Positions 1 through 12,290 of a stretch of DNA of 64,000 nucleotides are shown here, piece after piece. Numbering within the stretch: the first letter of the stretch is position 1; every line of letters starts with the position of its first letter. The notes under the pieces were generated by a model. It was not told where the DNA came from. It saw only the letters and a program-made list of their open reading frames with translations, and did not search any database. The position numbers and the translations under genes are program-made. The DNA lies in the NCBI RefSeq assembly GCF_046119375.1, contig NW_027362763.1, forward strand, positions 893,482,001 through 893,546,000, written 5' to 3'. Source of the stretch: Phyllobates terribilis (lineage: Eukaryota).

Positions 1-299
1 TGCGCTTTCCGCTGAGCATTTATGTTGTGGTTTCTGTGTAAATTCACCAAAACAGCAATTCAGACAAAAAACTCAAATGGAGCCCCTCACTTATGAGACT
101 GATGGAGTCCCTTTGGACTGGTTTCTGCTCCGGCGCCGTACCATCATTTTAGGCTTTTTTTAGCGCTCAAGTGTGGACAACCACAGATCTGTGTACGCCT
201 AAAAAGATGGAGACCACCAGAGCAGACGTCAAACAGACTTCAAAGTGTCTTCATCGGCAACTTTGAGGTGGGTGGATCAGTTGGGGGTGTCGTCTGTAT

Positions 300-2788
300 C
301 GCATTTTTGTGGGATTTACACAGAAACACCGTTGTAAGTGCTCAGAATCTTATTCTGGAAGCAATCGAAAATTATGTACCCCAAAATATTACCAATAAAA
401 CCCCTAATTTATCCCACACAAAACCAGCCCCCTCTCAGGTCTGTCATCTTTCACTGGGACTATTGGGGGTCCCATGTAACTGGTAGAACAAAGACTCTGG
501 AAAAGCGACATGGCTCCTGCCCCCTCAAATTAAATTGAGTGAATTCTGCACTCCTAAATCCAAATGCCGCCTCCTTCTGAGTCCCACTGTGTCTAAACCG
601 CAGTAAGCGGCAACATGTTTGGCATTATTGTAGCGGGGAGAGCACTTAATTTACAGGGTGTGTGTCACCAGGATAAATGTATGGGGCCACTACACTTTAT
701 GGGGGCACTACACTTTATGGGGGCACAATGTATGGGTCACTTTTGAGGCTTTTCTGTTGTTCTGGCATCTTCGGAGCTCCACAAATGTCACCCACAAACT
801 ATTCTACCAAAATCTATGCTCAAAAGGCCAAATAGTAATCCTTCCTTCTCACCCCTGATATGTGGCCTAACAGTAATTTTTGATGACATATGGGGCATCA
901 TCGCATTCGGGAGAAATAGCATAACAAATTATGGGGTCCGTTTTCTTCTATTATCCATTGCAAAATTACAAATTTGTGGCTAAAACTACATTTTCGTGAA
1001 AAAAATGAAAATTTTCAGTATGATGACCTAATGTTATCAAATTACTTATAGTACCTGTGGGTTCAAAATGCTCACTCTACCCCTGGATAAAATCCTTGAG
1101 GGGTCTAGTTTCCAAAATGGGGTAATTTGTGGGGGGTTTTCATTGTTTAGGCACATCAGAGGCTCCCCAAACACGACATGGCATCCGCTAATTATTTAAG
1201 CAAATTTTATATTCAAAAAGTCAAATGGCGCTCCTTCTTTTCTGAACCCTGCTGTGTGCCAAACAGTTGTTTTCCACCACATATGGGGCATTGGCTTACT
1301 CAGGAGGAAATTCAAATCAAATGGTATGGGGCAATTTCTCCTGTTACCCTTATGAAAATGCAAAATTGAGGGCTGAAAAACATTTTTGTGGGAAAAATGT
1401 GAAAATTGTATTTTTACCGCTCAATGTTATAAACTTCTGTGAAGCACCTTGGGGTTCAAGGTGTTCACCACAAATCTAGATAAGTTCCCTGAGGGGTCTA
1501 GTTTCCAAAATGGGGTCACTTGTGGGGGGTTTCCACTATTTAGGCACATCAGGGGCTCCCCAAACACGACATGGCATCCGCTAATTATTCAAGTAAATTT
1601 TACATTTAAAAAGTCAAATGGTGCTCCTATCCCTTCTGAACCTTGCCGTGCACCCAAACAGTGATTTTTCCCCACATATGGGGCATCAGCTTACTCAGGA
1701 GGAATTGCAAAATAAATAGTTTGGGGCAATTTCTCCTGCTACCCTTATGAAAATGCAAAATTGGGGGCTTAAAAACATTTTTGTGGGGAAAAATGTGAAA
1801 ATTTTATTTTTACTGCTCAATGTTATAGATTTATGTGCAGCACTTGGGGGTTCAAGGTATTCACCACACATATAGATAAGTTCCCTGAGGGGTCTAGTTT
1901 CCAAAATTGTGTCACTTATGGAGGGTTTCCACTGTTTAAGCACATCAGGGGCTCCCCAAACACGACATGGCGTCCGCTAATTGTTCAAGCAAAAAAAAGT
2001 CAAATGGTGCTCCTTCCTTTCCGAACCCTGCTGTGCGCCCAAACAGTAGTTTTACCTTACATATGGGGTATCAGCGTACTCAGGCGAAATTGCACTGCAA
2101 ACTTTGTGGTCCATTTTCTCTCCTTACCCTTGTGAAAATAAAAAAATTGGGTCTGAAGTAAACATTTTGTGAAAAAAAGTTAAATGTTCATTTTTTCCTT
2201 CCACGTTGCTTCAGTTCCTGTGAAGCACGTGAATGGTTAATAAACTTCTTGAATGTGGTTTTGAGCACCTTGAGAGGAGCAGTTTTAAGAATGGTGTCAC
2301 TTTTGAGTATTTTCTGTCATATAGATCCCTCAAAATCACTTCATATGTGACATAGTCCCTAAAAAATTGTTTTGTAAATTTTGTTAGAAAAATGAGAAAT
2401 CGCTGGTCAACTTTTAACCCTTATAACTTCCGAATAAAAAATAATTTTGGTTCCAAAATTGTTCTGATGTAAAGTAGACATGTGGGAAATGTTATTTATG
2501 AACTATTTTGTGTGACATATCTCTCTGACTTAAGGGCATGATTATTCAAAGTTTGAAAATTGCAAAATGTTCAAAATTTTCACCAAATTTCCATTTTTTT
2601 CACAAGTAAACGTAAGTTTTATCGAAGAAATTTTACCATTATCATTAAGAACAATATGTCATGAAAAAACACTCTCAAAATCAGTGGGACCCGTTGAAGC
2701 GTTCCAGAGTTATTACTTCATAAAGTGACACTGGTCAGAATTGTAAAATTTGACTTGGACCTAATTGGCTCCTTCCTTAAGGGGTTAA
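300..2788. mobile_element. Kolobok/T2-type non-autonomous DNA transposon (right part) with internal ~394-bp tandem units
   Basis: GGGTCTAGTTTCCAAAAT recurs at ~1101, ~1495 and ~1890. The element ends in ...CTTAAGGGG-TTAA (2776-2788), the AGGGG/TTAA terminus typical of amphibian T2/Kolobok elements. Left boundary not resolved. Confidence 0.6.
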
Positions 2789-3574
2789 AATTAAGTATAT
2801 TTTTTTATTTGAATAAACATTCTACTATTGCTTCATACAGTCTGTGCATGTCAAATCAGCACAGTGTCATTATTTAATTTTAGCTTTTAAAATATTTGTA
2901 TACAATTCTTAATGACTATTAATGGTAAGACTGCAGTCAGGATTCCTAGATCTAGATCTTTGATATGTAATATAGCATTATTGTAAAGGTTCACTGTCCA
3001 AGGAAGACTAGCAGCTCTTAACAGGACTTCCACTAACATGCTTTGCACAAGACACTGCACTTAGCAGATTCCAGATGAACCCTGGCTATAACTCTTTAAC
3101 CCCTATACAGGGATATGGACTTAAGCAGGACCCCCTGGGTAAAGTCCAGAGAGTGGCTGCTGGCCAGTGGAGTAAACTGGCAAAGAGAAGGGAAGTCAGG
3201 GATCTGGTCAGTAGTAAGCTGAGATTAATAACGTGGGTCAATCAGGTTGAATCAGAGAATGGTAACAGAAGAATAAAAAAAATGAGTAAGTATAACTTAT
3301 AACTGAGAGCTAGGGATAGTCTGCCAGGAGTTTAAAGCTAGCTAGCAGAGAATCAGAGAATGAGCTAGCAGAGAGAATGGACATCATACTGGGTCGCTTC
3401 CCATCCAGAAAGTCAAATCAAGGACAAAATCAGAAGTCAGGGATGTGGTCAGGAGGATTCCAAGATCAGTAACTGGAATAAAGCAGGCTAAATCAGAGCA
3501 GGGTAAGAGGAAGATAAACCAGAGCAAATACAACTTATAACTGTCAGTTAGAGAAAGACTGCTAGGAGTTTACA

Positions 3575-4310
3575 TATTATTATTATTATTATTATTTATT
3601 ATTATAGCACCATTTATTCCATGGCGCTTTACATGTGAAAAAGGGGGTATAATACAAGAACAATTTCAATAATCTTGAACACAATGTGACAGCGACTGGT
3701 ACAGGCGGAGCGAGGACCCTGCCCGCGAGGGCTCACAATCAACGAGGGATGGGTGAGGATACAGTAGGTGAGGGTAGAGCTGGTCGTGCAGCGGTGGTTA
3801 CTGCAGGTTGTAGGCTTGTCGGAAGAGGTGGGTCTTCAGGTTCCTTTTGAAGGTTTCCACGGTAGGCGAGAGTCTGATACGTTGGGGTAGAGAGTTCCAG
3901 AGTAGGGCGGAAGCACAGGAGAAATCTTGTATATGGTTGTGGGAGGAGGAGATAAGAGGGGAGTAGAGCAGGAGATCTTGTGAGGATCGGAGGTTGCGTG
4001 CAGGTATGTAACGGGAGACTAGGTCGGAGATATATGGAGGAGACAGGTTGTGAATGGCTTTGTATGTCATGGTTAGAGTTTTGAACTGGAGTCTCTGAGC
4101 AATGGGGAGCCAGTGAAGAGATTGACAGAGAGGAGAGGCCGGGGAATAGCGGGGGGACAGGTTGATTAGTCGAGCAGCAGAGTTTATGATAGATTGGAGG
4201 GGTGCGAGAGTGTTAGAGGGGAGGCCACAGAGCAGGAGGTTGCAGTAGTCAAGGCGGGAGATGATGAGGGCGTGCACTAGTGTTTTTGCAGATTCATGGT
4301 TTAGGATATG
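3575..4310 (-). mobile_element. 5'-truncated L2/CR1-clade LINE, 3' end of ORF2 plus (TAA)n tail
   Basis: ORF 3798-4367(-) contains LVHALIISRLDYCN...LQSIINSAARL...LHWLPI..RLQFK, the C-terminal L2 ORF2 signature. A (TAT)n microsatellite tail lies at ~3575-3605. Confidence 0.85.
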
Positions 4311-4489
4311 GAAGAACCCCTTCATGGCTCCCAGCAGAGAGCTAATTACAACTGATAACCAAGTCAAAAATTTATAAGGGCCCGCACTCCAGGAAGCAAT
4401 GAATGGTTCATGCTCAGAAGGTAAAAGAATCCATATATAAAGAGATAACCTTCGGCACAGAACACAACATCAAAAGTTCAAAATCTCTT

Positions 4490-4585
4490 ATTTATTCTAG
4501 AAGCTCAATAACCAACAAATGAAAAACAGATATATTCTTTAAACGTTTTGGCTTACATGCCTTCACCAGGTTTATCTGTACTTAT
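4490..4585 (-). mobile_element. Penelope-like element terminal (pLTR) remnant with degenerate hammerhead core
   Basis: Reverse complement reads AAACCTGGTGAAGGCATGTAAGCCAAAACGTTT...AATAAA. An inverted partner lies at 28265-28350. Confidence 0.5.
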
Positions 4586-6454
4586 GAATATAAATGCAAA
4601 CATATGGTAAGAGTAAAAAATAAAACAAAAAAATAAAACAAAAACAATAACAAAATTATATATGGCAGACTACATCAAATTCTACATATAAATTCTCCAT
4701 ATAAGTATATAAGGCGCTGTACGGAATTCTACCATCCATTTAAAGCCGGCTTATGCCCGGGTCTAGACGCAGTCTCCCTAGCCCACTGGACACCAATCAG
4801 ACAGGTATGTTTTCCCTGCAATGTTCATGCACAGCTGTATTTGTTAAATAGTGTCTTTGCATCTGTAGTAGTGCACCCTATTATTTTTTCTCACTTTAAT
4901 TCACTTTATCTAGATTGTGCAGCACCTTATATAGCCTCTATGCCAACCGACACCACACAGGTATGGATGTTGTTTCTGTATTTACCTGCATTTAATGTTG
5001 GCCTCCATCTATTAACCCTTTGTGCCTATCTGACCCTGTGGTCTTTGTATTTTTTTCTCTTAATTTTTTTTCTTTTTCTTTATGTATACTCTTATTATTA
5101 GTCCGTTTTCTTCTTTTGGTCTTTTTGTCCTTTTCTTTCTTTTTTCCTTCATTTTGCTTCCATTTTATTTATTTATTTTTTTTCTACCTTCCCTGTCCTA
5201 TATCACTCCCCCTCTACGTCTTTATCTTGAGACATGGGACCATATTTGATCTAGTAATATTTATTCTTCGTTTGGACTATGTATGCTAGTTGATACTCAT
5301 GTGGCATGTGATCTGATATTTTATCCTAGATTGCACATCAAGTGTTTATATATATAGAATTTTTTTTATATGTATTCTACTATTTATGATTGATTTGTTT
5401 CCATATGTGTGTTATATATGTGGCACCCCAGGGGTCTGGTTTCCACAGTAACAAGCAATGTTATGTCTGAGAGCAGGTGGGAGGTCTCTTTGTCAGGAAT
5501 CCTATGCATGCCACACCTCCTGCCCAGTCCTGGGAGGGGAAGAATTTCCCCTGTATAAACCTGGGGCTGAGGCAGGGTTAGAGAGTTGAGAGGGAGAGTT
5601 CAGCCAGGAGGGCTGACAGGGAGCTGTGGCTCCGGCTGGGCCCAGCTCCTGGGCCATGCCAGAAGTAGAGAAGAGAAGCAGCATAGGAAGAAACAACAGG
5701 AGCTCTGTGGGAGCAGTGTTACAAAGAGTCAGGGGCTGGCAGCTGCAGAGCTCGCCCTGACTGAGAAGATTTCTTACCGGACCCGGAGTCCGAGGCTGTG
5801 GGGACTAACTCCTACCCAGCAGCAGAATCCGTCAGGCAGGGGATTTCAGGTCCTCTGGCCAAGAAACCCGAAGGCACGGTCACACGCATGGGACCAGCAC
5901 CGCCGTCGTGGAGCGGAAGCTACTAGAAGGCCCCGAGTCACCGGCCATACGGGTGAGCACTAGTGTTGAGCCACCCCCGTAGTGTTCGAGTTCGGTTCGT
6001 CGAACACCCGTGTGTTCGCCGAACTGTTCGTCGAACTGTTCGTCGAACACCTTCGAACACCGTTAAAACCAATGGCAGGCAAACAAAAACACATAGAAAC
6101 ACATAGAAAACACCTTCAAAGGTGTCCAAAAGCTGACAAACTGCTCAGAAGACACAACTAACACATGGAAAAGTGACAAGTACATATAGTCATGCGAAAA
6201 GAAAAGAGGTGGAGGAGTAAAAGGAGGGGGAGACACAGATATAGGCATGTCATGCCCTTCTAAAATCCAAAAAGTGAGAAGCCGAGACGGACAGTCCGCT
6301 CCTGCCCGTGCCACCTCCGTGTCGCCGGGTTTGTGCCAGAGCCGCGGTGAACCCTGACGGCCAGCCCCCCTCTCCCAATACTGGTGCCTGTCCGCTGGTG
6401 GGTCGAGAGAGCCCCCCTGTGGTGGAGGCAGCTCTAAGCTTTTTAATTTAAATT

Positions 6455-6735
6455 GTCCCTCTAATTTGAATGAATACACTTTAAATCCATTTACAAGGAT
6501 CTATTGGAGGGCAAGTCTCATGCCAGCAGCCGCGTAATTCCAGCTCCAGTAGCGTCCACTAAAGCTGCTGCAGTTAAAAAGCTTTTATAAGGATCGAGCT
6601 CGGCTGTCCACCGCAAGGCATCCTAGTGCCAGTCCCAGCCCCTATGCCTTGGGGTGCCTCCTGATGCTCTTCACTAAGTATCCCGTGGTCCCGAAGCATT
6701 TCCTTTGAAAAAATTAAGTGTCCAAACTACAGGTG
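6455..6735 (+). pseudogene. Degenerate 18S rRNA fragment carried in the hAT (outer copy)
   Basis: TTGGAGGGCAAGTCT..TGCCAGCAGCCGCG-TAATTCCAGCTCCA..AGCG...AAAGCTGCTGCAGTTAAAAAGCT matches the universally conserved SSU core. Similarity continues to CCGAAGC.TTT.CTTTGAAAAAATT. Confidence 0.85.
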
Positions 6736-6834
6736 GTGTAGCTTGCTTAACAGCCGGGATAATCCGCTGACTAGCAGACACTGCTACTAGGCACAAAGTA
6801 TTTCCTGGGCTAGATGCAGTTAAAAATTTGTAAG

Positions 6835-8658
6835 TAGATACTCTCGTTGGATGCTGAGAAAGCATTCCATAGAGTCTCCTGGCACGCCATATATGATTCT
6901 CTTAAAAGCTTGGGGTAGGGGTCTAGGGGACCCTTTTATAGCCAAAATCACGGCCCTGTATCACAATACGTCACCTAGGCTGAAGATAAATGGAACTGTA
7001 GCACCGAGGGCTCGGTTGCTACAGACGTATTGCACCTCACCCAGAGGTGTGATATCTCACTCTCAGATAAGGATGGAGTGTGGATCAGGACCCGACACCT
7101 GCATGCATTACACCACATTGCCGTGGGGCAGGGCGACCAATATGCCCCTGAGATGGGCACGACAGTCCCTGTCCCTGGCTGGAGTGGGGGGAGGGAACAC
7201 TGAGGAAGGGGAACCCTGCAGTGCAGGAGCAGGGAGGAAGCAGTTCCTGGGTGCATTGAGAAGGGTGTATAAAAGGTGGGCACCATCTTAGTTCAGTGCA
7301 GAGAAGTCTGAGCAGAAGTGGCAGGGAGCAGGGGCTCTGCATGAGCTCTGCTCCGGAGGCGGGCCTAGTAACAGAGGCCCAGGCCTGCAAGAGGGAGAAG
7401 GAAGGAAGAGGAGCGGAGAAGGCTCCAGGAACGAGGAATGAAGGGATCCCAGGGGTGCGGACGGGCGAGTCGCCACCGCACGCCCGAATCCACCTGCGTG
7501 GAGGGGTCAGGCCAAAGGGGGAGACCGGTCCCCGAACTAGTGGAGGCAGGAAACGACCCTCAGCTAGAAACCGGAGGCTCTGACATTTTATGTGGCACAG
7601 CCCCTTGCTCCACCCGCTAGGAAGGCACCACATAGGGTCAGGGAAACTGGCGCCAAGTTTACCAAGAGGAGGCCCGAGGCAGCCGGACAGAAGTGTTGGT
7701 AAGAAAGGCCAGACAAAGGACACACAAAGGGGGTCCTGTGAAGCGCTCCAAAGTTATCTGGGAGTTGTCTGAGCCCCTCACCTGGTGAGCACAGTACGAC
7801 GTGGGCAGCCGTTACCTGCAGACGTGGTCTGGATAATAAGAACTGTGAGTAAAGGCCCTGAACTGCATCACTGACTCCGTGTCGTTACTGCTGCTGCCCT
7901 GCACCATCACCCCCATCCTCCGCATACACTGCCCTGAGGCTATACTCCTCCCGTGGGGAGTTATGCTACGCTCTGCTGCACCCACAACACCAGCCTTAGC
8001 GGTCTGCCCTGTAGCGGCGGTTCACTCTGACCGCAATCCACGGGTGGCGTAGTCGGACATTTAAACATCAAAACCACATAAATAGTTCCGCCACTGGTTT
8101 GACCGCCCTGAGCCACGGAACCGGATCGCCGCCACGAAGACTACAACCACCAGCATCCACCAAAAAGGGTCCGGCTCCGGGTGTCCCAAGGCCCAGGGGG
8201 TGAGTCAGAACATTTTCATCACCTTTCACAATCACCAATGGGACAAGGCAGGGATGTCCTCTGTCCCCTCTCTTATACATCCTAGTGACGGAGCACCTGC
8301 TCTCATCAATTCGCCATAACCCCAATATTAGGTGGATTGAGGTGGGAGGCACCGAGTACAAGTGCTCTCTATTTGCTGATGATGTCCTAGTATATATCAC
8401 TCAATCACATATATCCATCCCTGCTGTTATGGCTGAAATAGATCACTTTGTTACATGGTAAAATTTTAAAATCAATGCAGCGAAGTCTGAGGCCCTCGAT
8501 GTCTCCCTCCCTAAATCCATATAGGATTCCATCCAGTCCAACTTTCCCTTTGCCTGGCCCTCACAGGGTATCAAATACTTAGGAATTCCTATTCATAGAG
8601 ACCTCTCCCATCTATGTTATCTTAATTTTGGGCCCTTTATTGAACAATTCCATACAGA
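6835..8658 (+). pseudogene. L1-clade reverse transcriptase fragment split by a solo LTR (hAT cargo, outer copy)
   Basis: Joined frame reads ...LKINGT|FSSPFTITNGTRQGCPLSPLLY...LFADDVLVY...INAAKSE...IKYLGI, i.e. L1 RT domains, with in-frame stops. Confidence 0.85.
6997..8207 (+). mobile_element. Solo LTR (TGTAGCAC...GAGTCA) within the L1 fragment
   Basis: 4-bp TSD GAAC (6993-6996 / 8208-8211). Termini and U5 resemble the other LTRs in the window. Confidence 0.88.
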
Positions 8659-11365
8659 CCACGGTTGGCAAGTTGGAACTGTGAGATTCACTACGTGCAC
8701 CACTGGTATTTTTTGGAAAAGCACATGTAAGATTCTGCAACAGTCTCTGCTGATACTCCTGCATGCGTGCATCCCTTTCTATGGCAGGAATAATTTCTGC
8801 AAATTTACTTTTGTACCGGGGATCTAACAGTGTGGCAACCCAGTAGTCAGGATTATTTCTAATTCTCACAATTTGAGGGTCATGTTGCAGGTAGTGCAGC
8901 AAGAAGGCACTCATGTGTGTTGCGCATCCAGGAGCACCAAGTCCCTGTTGTGTTGGTGGCGAGGTAACAATCATGCTTCCTTCCTCTGTCCTCTCCCCCC
9001 AACCTCGCACAACAGAAATGTGATCAAGGTCTCCCTCATCTGATGAGTCTTCCATCAGTTCGTCCTCCACTTCTTCCTGGGCTCCTGCACCTTCCTCACT
9101 AGTTTGGCTGCTACCATGCGCCCTGGTAAAATCATCTCCCCCACCCTCACATGCCTGCCGCCCTGGTGCTGCCGACCGTCTGGACCTTGCAGATGTTAGC
9201 CCTTCCGCATACAACTCCTCCTCCTCTACTTCCTCCACCTCCTCTTGTGCCACCACCTGACTCCGAATTCTGTTTAACATGTGCTCCAGCATGTAAATCA
9301 CCGGAATAGTCATGCTGATAATGGCATCGTCAGCACTAAACATCTTCGTCGCCATTTCAAAACTGTGCAGAAGGGTGCATAGGTCCCTGATCTGAGACCA
9401 CTCCTCCAGCGTGATTTGCCCCACCTCTGAATCTCGTTGGCCCAGGCTATACGTCAGAACGTATTGCACCAGGGCTTGTCGGTGCTGCCACAGTCGCTGC
9501 AACATGTGCAGAGTTGAATTCCACCGGGTAGGCACATCGCATTTTAGCCGGTGAAGTGGCAGGCCCAACGACTTCTGTAGAGATGTAAGTCGCTGAGCTG
9601 CGGGATGCGAACGGCGGAAGTGAGCACACAGCGACCGTGCCCTCTGCAGAAGGCCATCTAGTCTGGGATAGTGGGCTAAAAATTGCTGGACAACCAGGTT
9701 CAACACGTGAGCCATACAAGGCACATGTGTGACATTGCCCCGGCGAAGGGCCGCACCCAGGTTTGCAGCATTGTCGCACACGGCCTTCCCTGGTTTCAGG
9801 TCCAGTGGAGAAAACCATTCATGAAATTGGTTCTCCAGAGCTGACCACAACTCCTCAGCTGTGTGACTCACATTTCCCAGACATTTCAATGTAAAAACCG
9901 CCTGATGACGTTGAGCCCTACTGCCAGCATAGTAAGGAGGTGTGCAGGATCCCTTCTGCGCAGTTAGAAAGCTTGTGGCATGACCAGACAGGCTTTGGGT
10001 GCAGGTGGAAGACCGAGAGGAGGTTGAGGAGGCAGAAGCAGTGGAGGAAAAATGACATAAAGAGGATTGACGCACAACTCGTGGGGACGGCAAGACTTGG
10101 ACAGCAGCCCCTTGTCCTGCTGTCACCATAGTTACCCAGTGCCCAGTCAGCGACATGTAACGCCCCTGTCCATGCCTACTCGTCCAAGTGTCTGTGGTGA
10201 AATGCACCCTGTCACACACAGAGTTTCTCAAAGAAGCGGTGATGTTGTGTGCGACATGCTGGTGGAGCGCAGGCACACCTTTCTTTGAGAAGTAGTGCCG
10301 ACTGGGCATCTGGTACTGGGGCACTGCGACGGACATAAGGTCTCGAAAATCCTCTGTGTCCACCAGGCGGAAAGGCAGCATTTCTGTAGCCAAGAGCTTG
10401 CAGATGGTGAAATTCAACCTCTTAGCTTTCTCATGGCTAGGAGGAAATGGTCTTTTACTTGTCCACATCTGAGGGACCGAGGGCTGGCTATTGTGCTTAG
10501 ACGGGGTTGATAAGGGTGTCCCCGGCAAACTGCCGGTCTGTGAGGAAGATGCAGGCGGACATGTTAGGTTGCCTTGATCCAAAGGTGGTGCTATCGATGT
10601 CGGACAGCGCTCAAGACCAGCTGGTGTTACCACCTCCAAAGAAAATGATGACCTGCCAATCACGCTGGCTGTTGCGGGTAAAGAGGTGGCAGGTCTGCGC
10701 CCCAAAACAGGTGTGACTGCTGTCCCCCCAGTCACAGAGGATGAAGAGGCCGCGGATGCACAAGATATGGCAGACGGTGGTTGGCCCGGCCGGCTAGACC
10801 GCATTGTAGCACACTGAGCTTCCCACTGCAACTTATGCTTCATGTCCATGTGCCGGTTCATGCATGAAGTACTCAAACTATGTATTTTTTGGCCTCTACT
10901 TAGCTTTTGCTGACAAATGTTACAGATAACACGAGTTGGGTCATCTTTATCGATCTGAAAAAATGCCCAGGCTATGCAAGGCTTAGCACTCATGCGACCT
11001 GAAGAGCCACCACGACTTGTGGTGAGAGGCAGAGTTGTGTTTGAGGATGCAGTTGTTGACGTGCTTCCAGTACTACGTCTCTGTCCAGGAAGGCGCAACC
11101 TGACCTCGTCGTCACTAGCATCTTCCTCCACCTCCTCTGCTGACCTCATCTCTTGGCTGACTGTGGGTTGACAGTAAGTGGGATCTCCGACCTCATCATC
11201 ATCACCCTGTGCGTTATCACACCCGTCGTCCTCAGAGCCAACCTGTTCCTGCCCTGACAAAAAACTAAAGTTGTCGCTCCAATCAGGTATTTGAGTCTTA
11301 TCATCATCTTCCTCATTGTCTCCACCAACAGGAGTTACAGTTTGGGAATGAGGGTCTACATTATG
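8659..11365 (-). pseudogene. hAT transposase of the outer copy, central part (C-terminus deleted)
   Basis: Near-identical to residues ~175-1075 of the 14342-18022 ORF. After NLPTV it runs into the L1 cargo, so the third catalytic E and the dimerisation domain are absent. Confidence 0.92.
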
Positions 11366-12290
11366 GTCAGAACTAGAGATGAGCGTTGTTCTACTCGAAC
11401 TGTTCGCCAATCTCAAATTCGAGCTGTTTTGGGCGGTGTTCGAGCCGGTCGGCGAACACGAACAATTTGAGAAAAATTCGGCTGTTCGAGGTTATGTTCG
11501 ATAACTGTTCGTGCACCAAAATCATAACTGGATTTTTTCTCAGTAATGATGAAAATTAATGTTAATACGCAGTTTGAGTGTACAGCGGGGCGGGGGGAGG
11601 GGCAGGGGATGGATCTCTGCAGGAACAATGAAGATCTCCATTTTTTTTTCTCTTTCCCGCATTTGCAGTGGGGAGGTGCAATCTGTCAGCCTATCAGCAG
11701 CGCACACACGGAGCGAAGTGCTTTTTTTCACACAAGCAAGGGCATGTGTGATTGGCAGTGTATGTCACATGTCCTTGCCCTATAAGACCAAGCCATTTTC
11801 CCCGTCGCCACCATTTTCTCACTGCTGCAGCTGCGTGTTAGACGGCACCGCTGTTGCTGTGTGTGCTATACCTTGTTAATTTCAAGCCAATTTTCGCACA
11901 AATATACAGATAGCTTGGGAGTAGGGAATAGTTGTGATTGCAGTCCTTTTAAGGACTAGGTTACAGCATTTCCTACGACTTTTATCAGGGAGGTCTGTGC
12001 TCTTAAATAGATAGGTTGTGGGAGTAAAGACTAATTGTAATTGGAGTCCTTTTCAGGACTAGGTTACATGAGTTCCTATCAGTTTTTGCCAGGCAGGTCT
12101 GTGCCAGTGCTGTGCAAGTTTTTTTCACAGCATTTGGCTGAATCTAGCAAAGCTAATCCTTTTTGGCCTATTGCAGAGTGTGTTAGTCAGTGGAGTAGCC
12201 TATCTGTGTTGCAAGATATAACACCTGTGTATAGAATACCAATTTTTTTACTGCACCTAGTGAAGTAAAATCTTTTGGGCATAGCATCAT

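Noticed and set aside
3075-3560. Possible decayed LTR
   Set aside because: LTR-like composition, but no termini or TSD could be identified.
6455-6735. Functional 18S rRNA gene
   Set aside because: Only ~280 nt, mutated in invariant positions, with no flanking rDNA unit. It lies inside a transposon.
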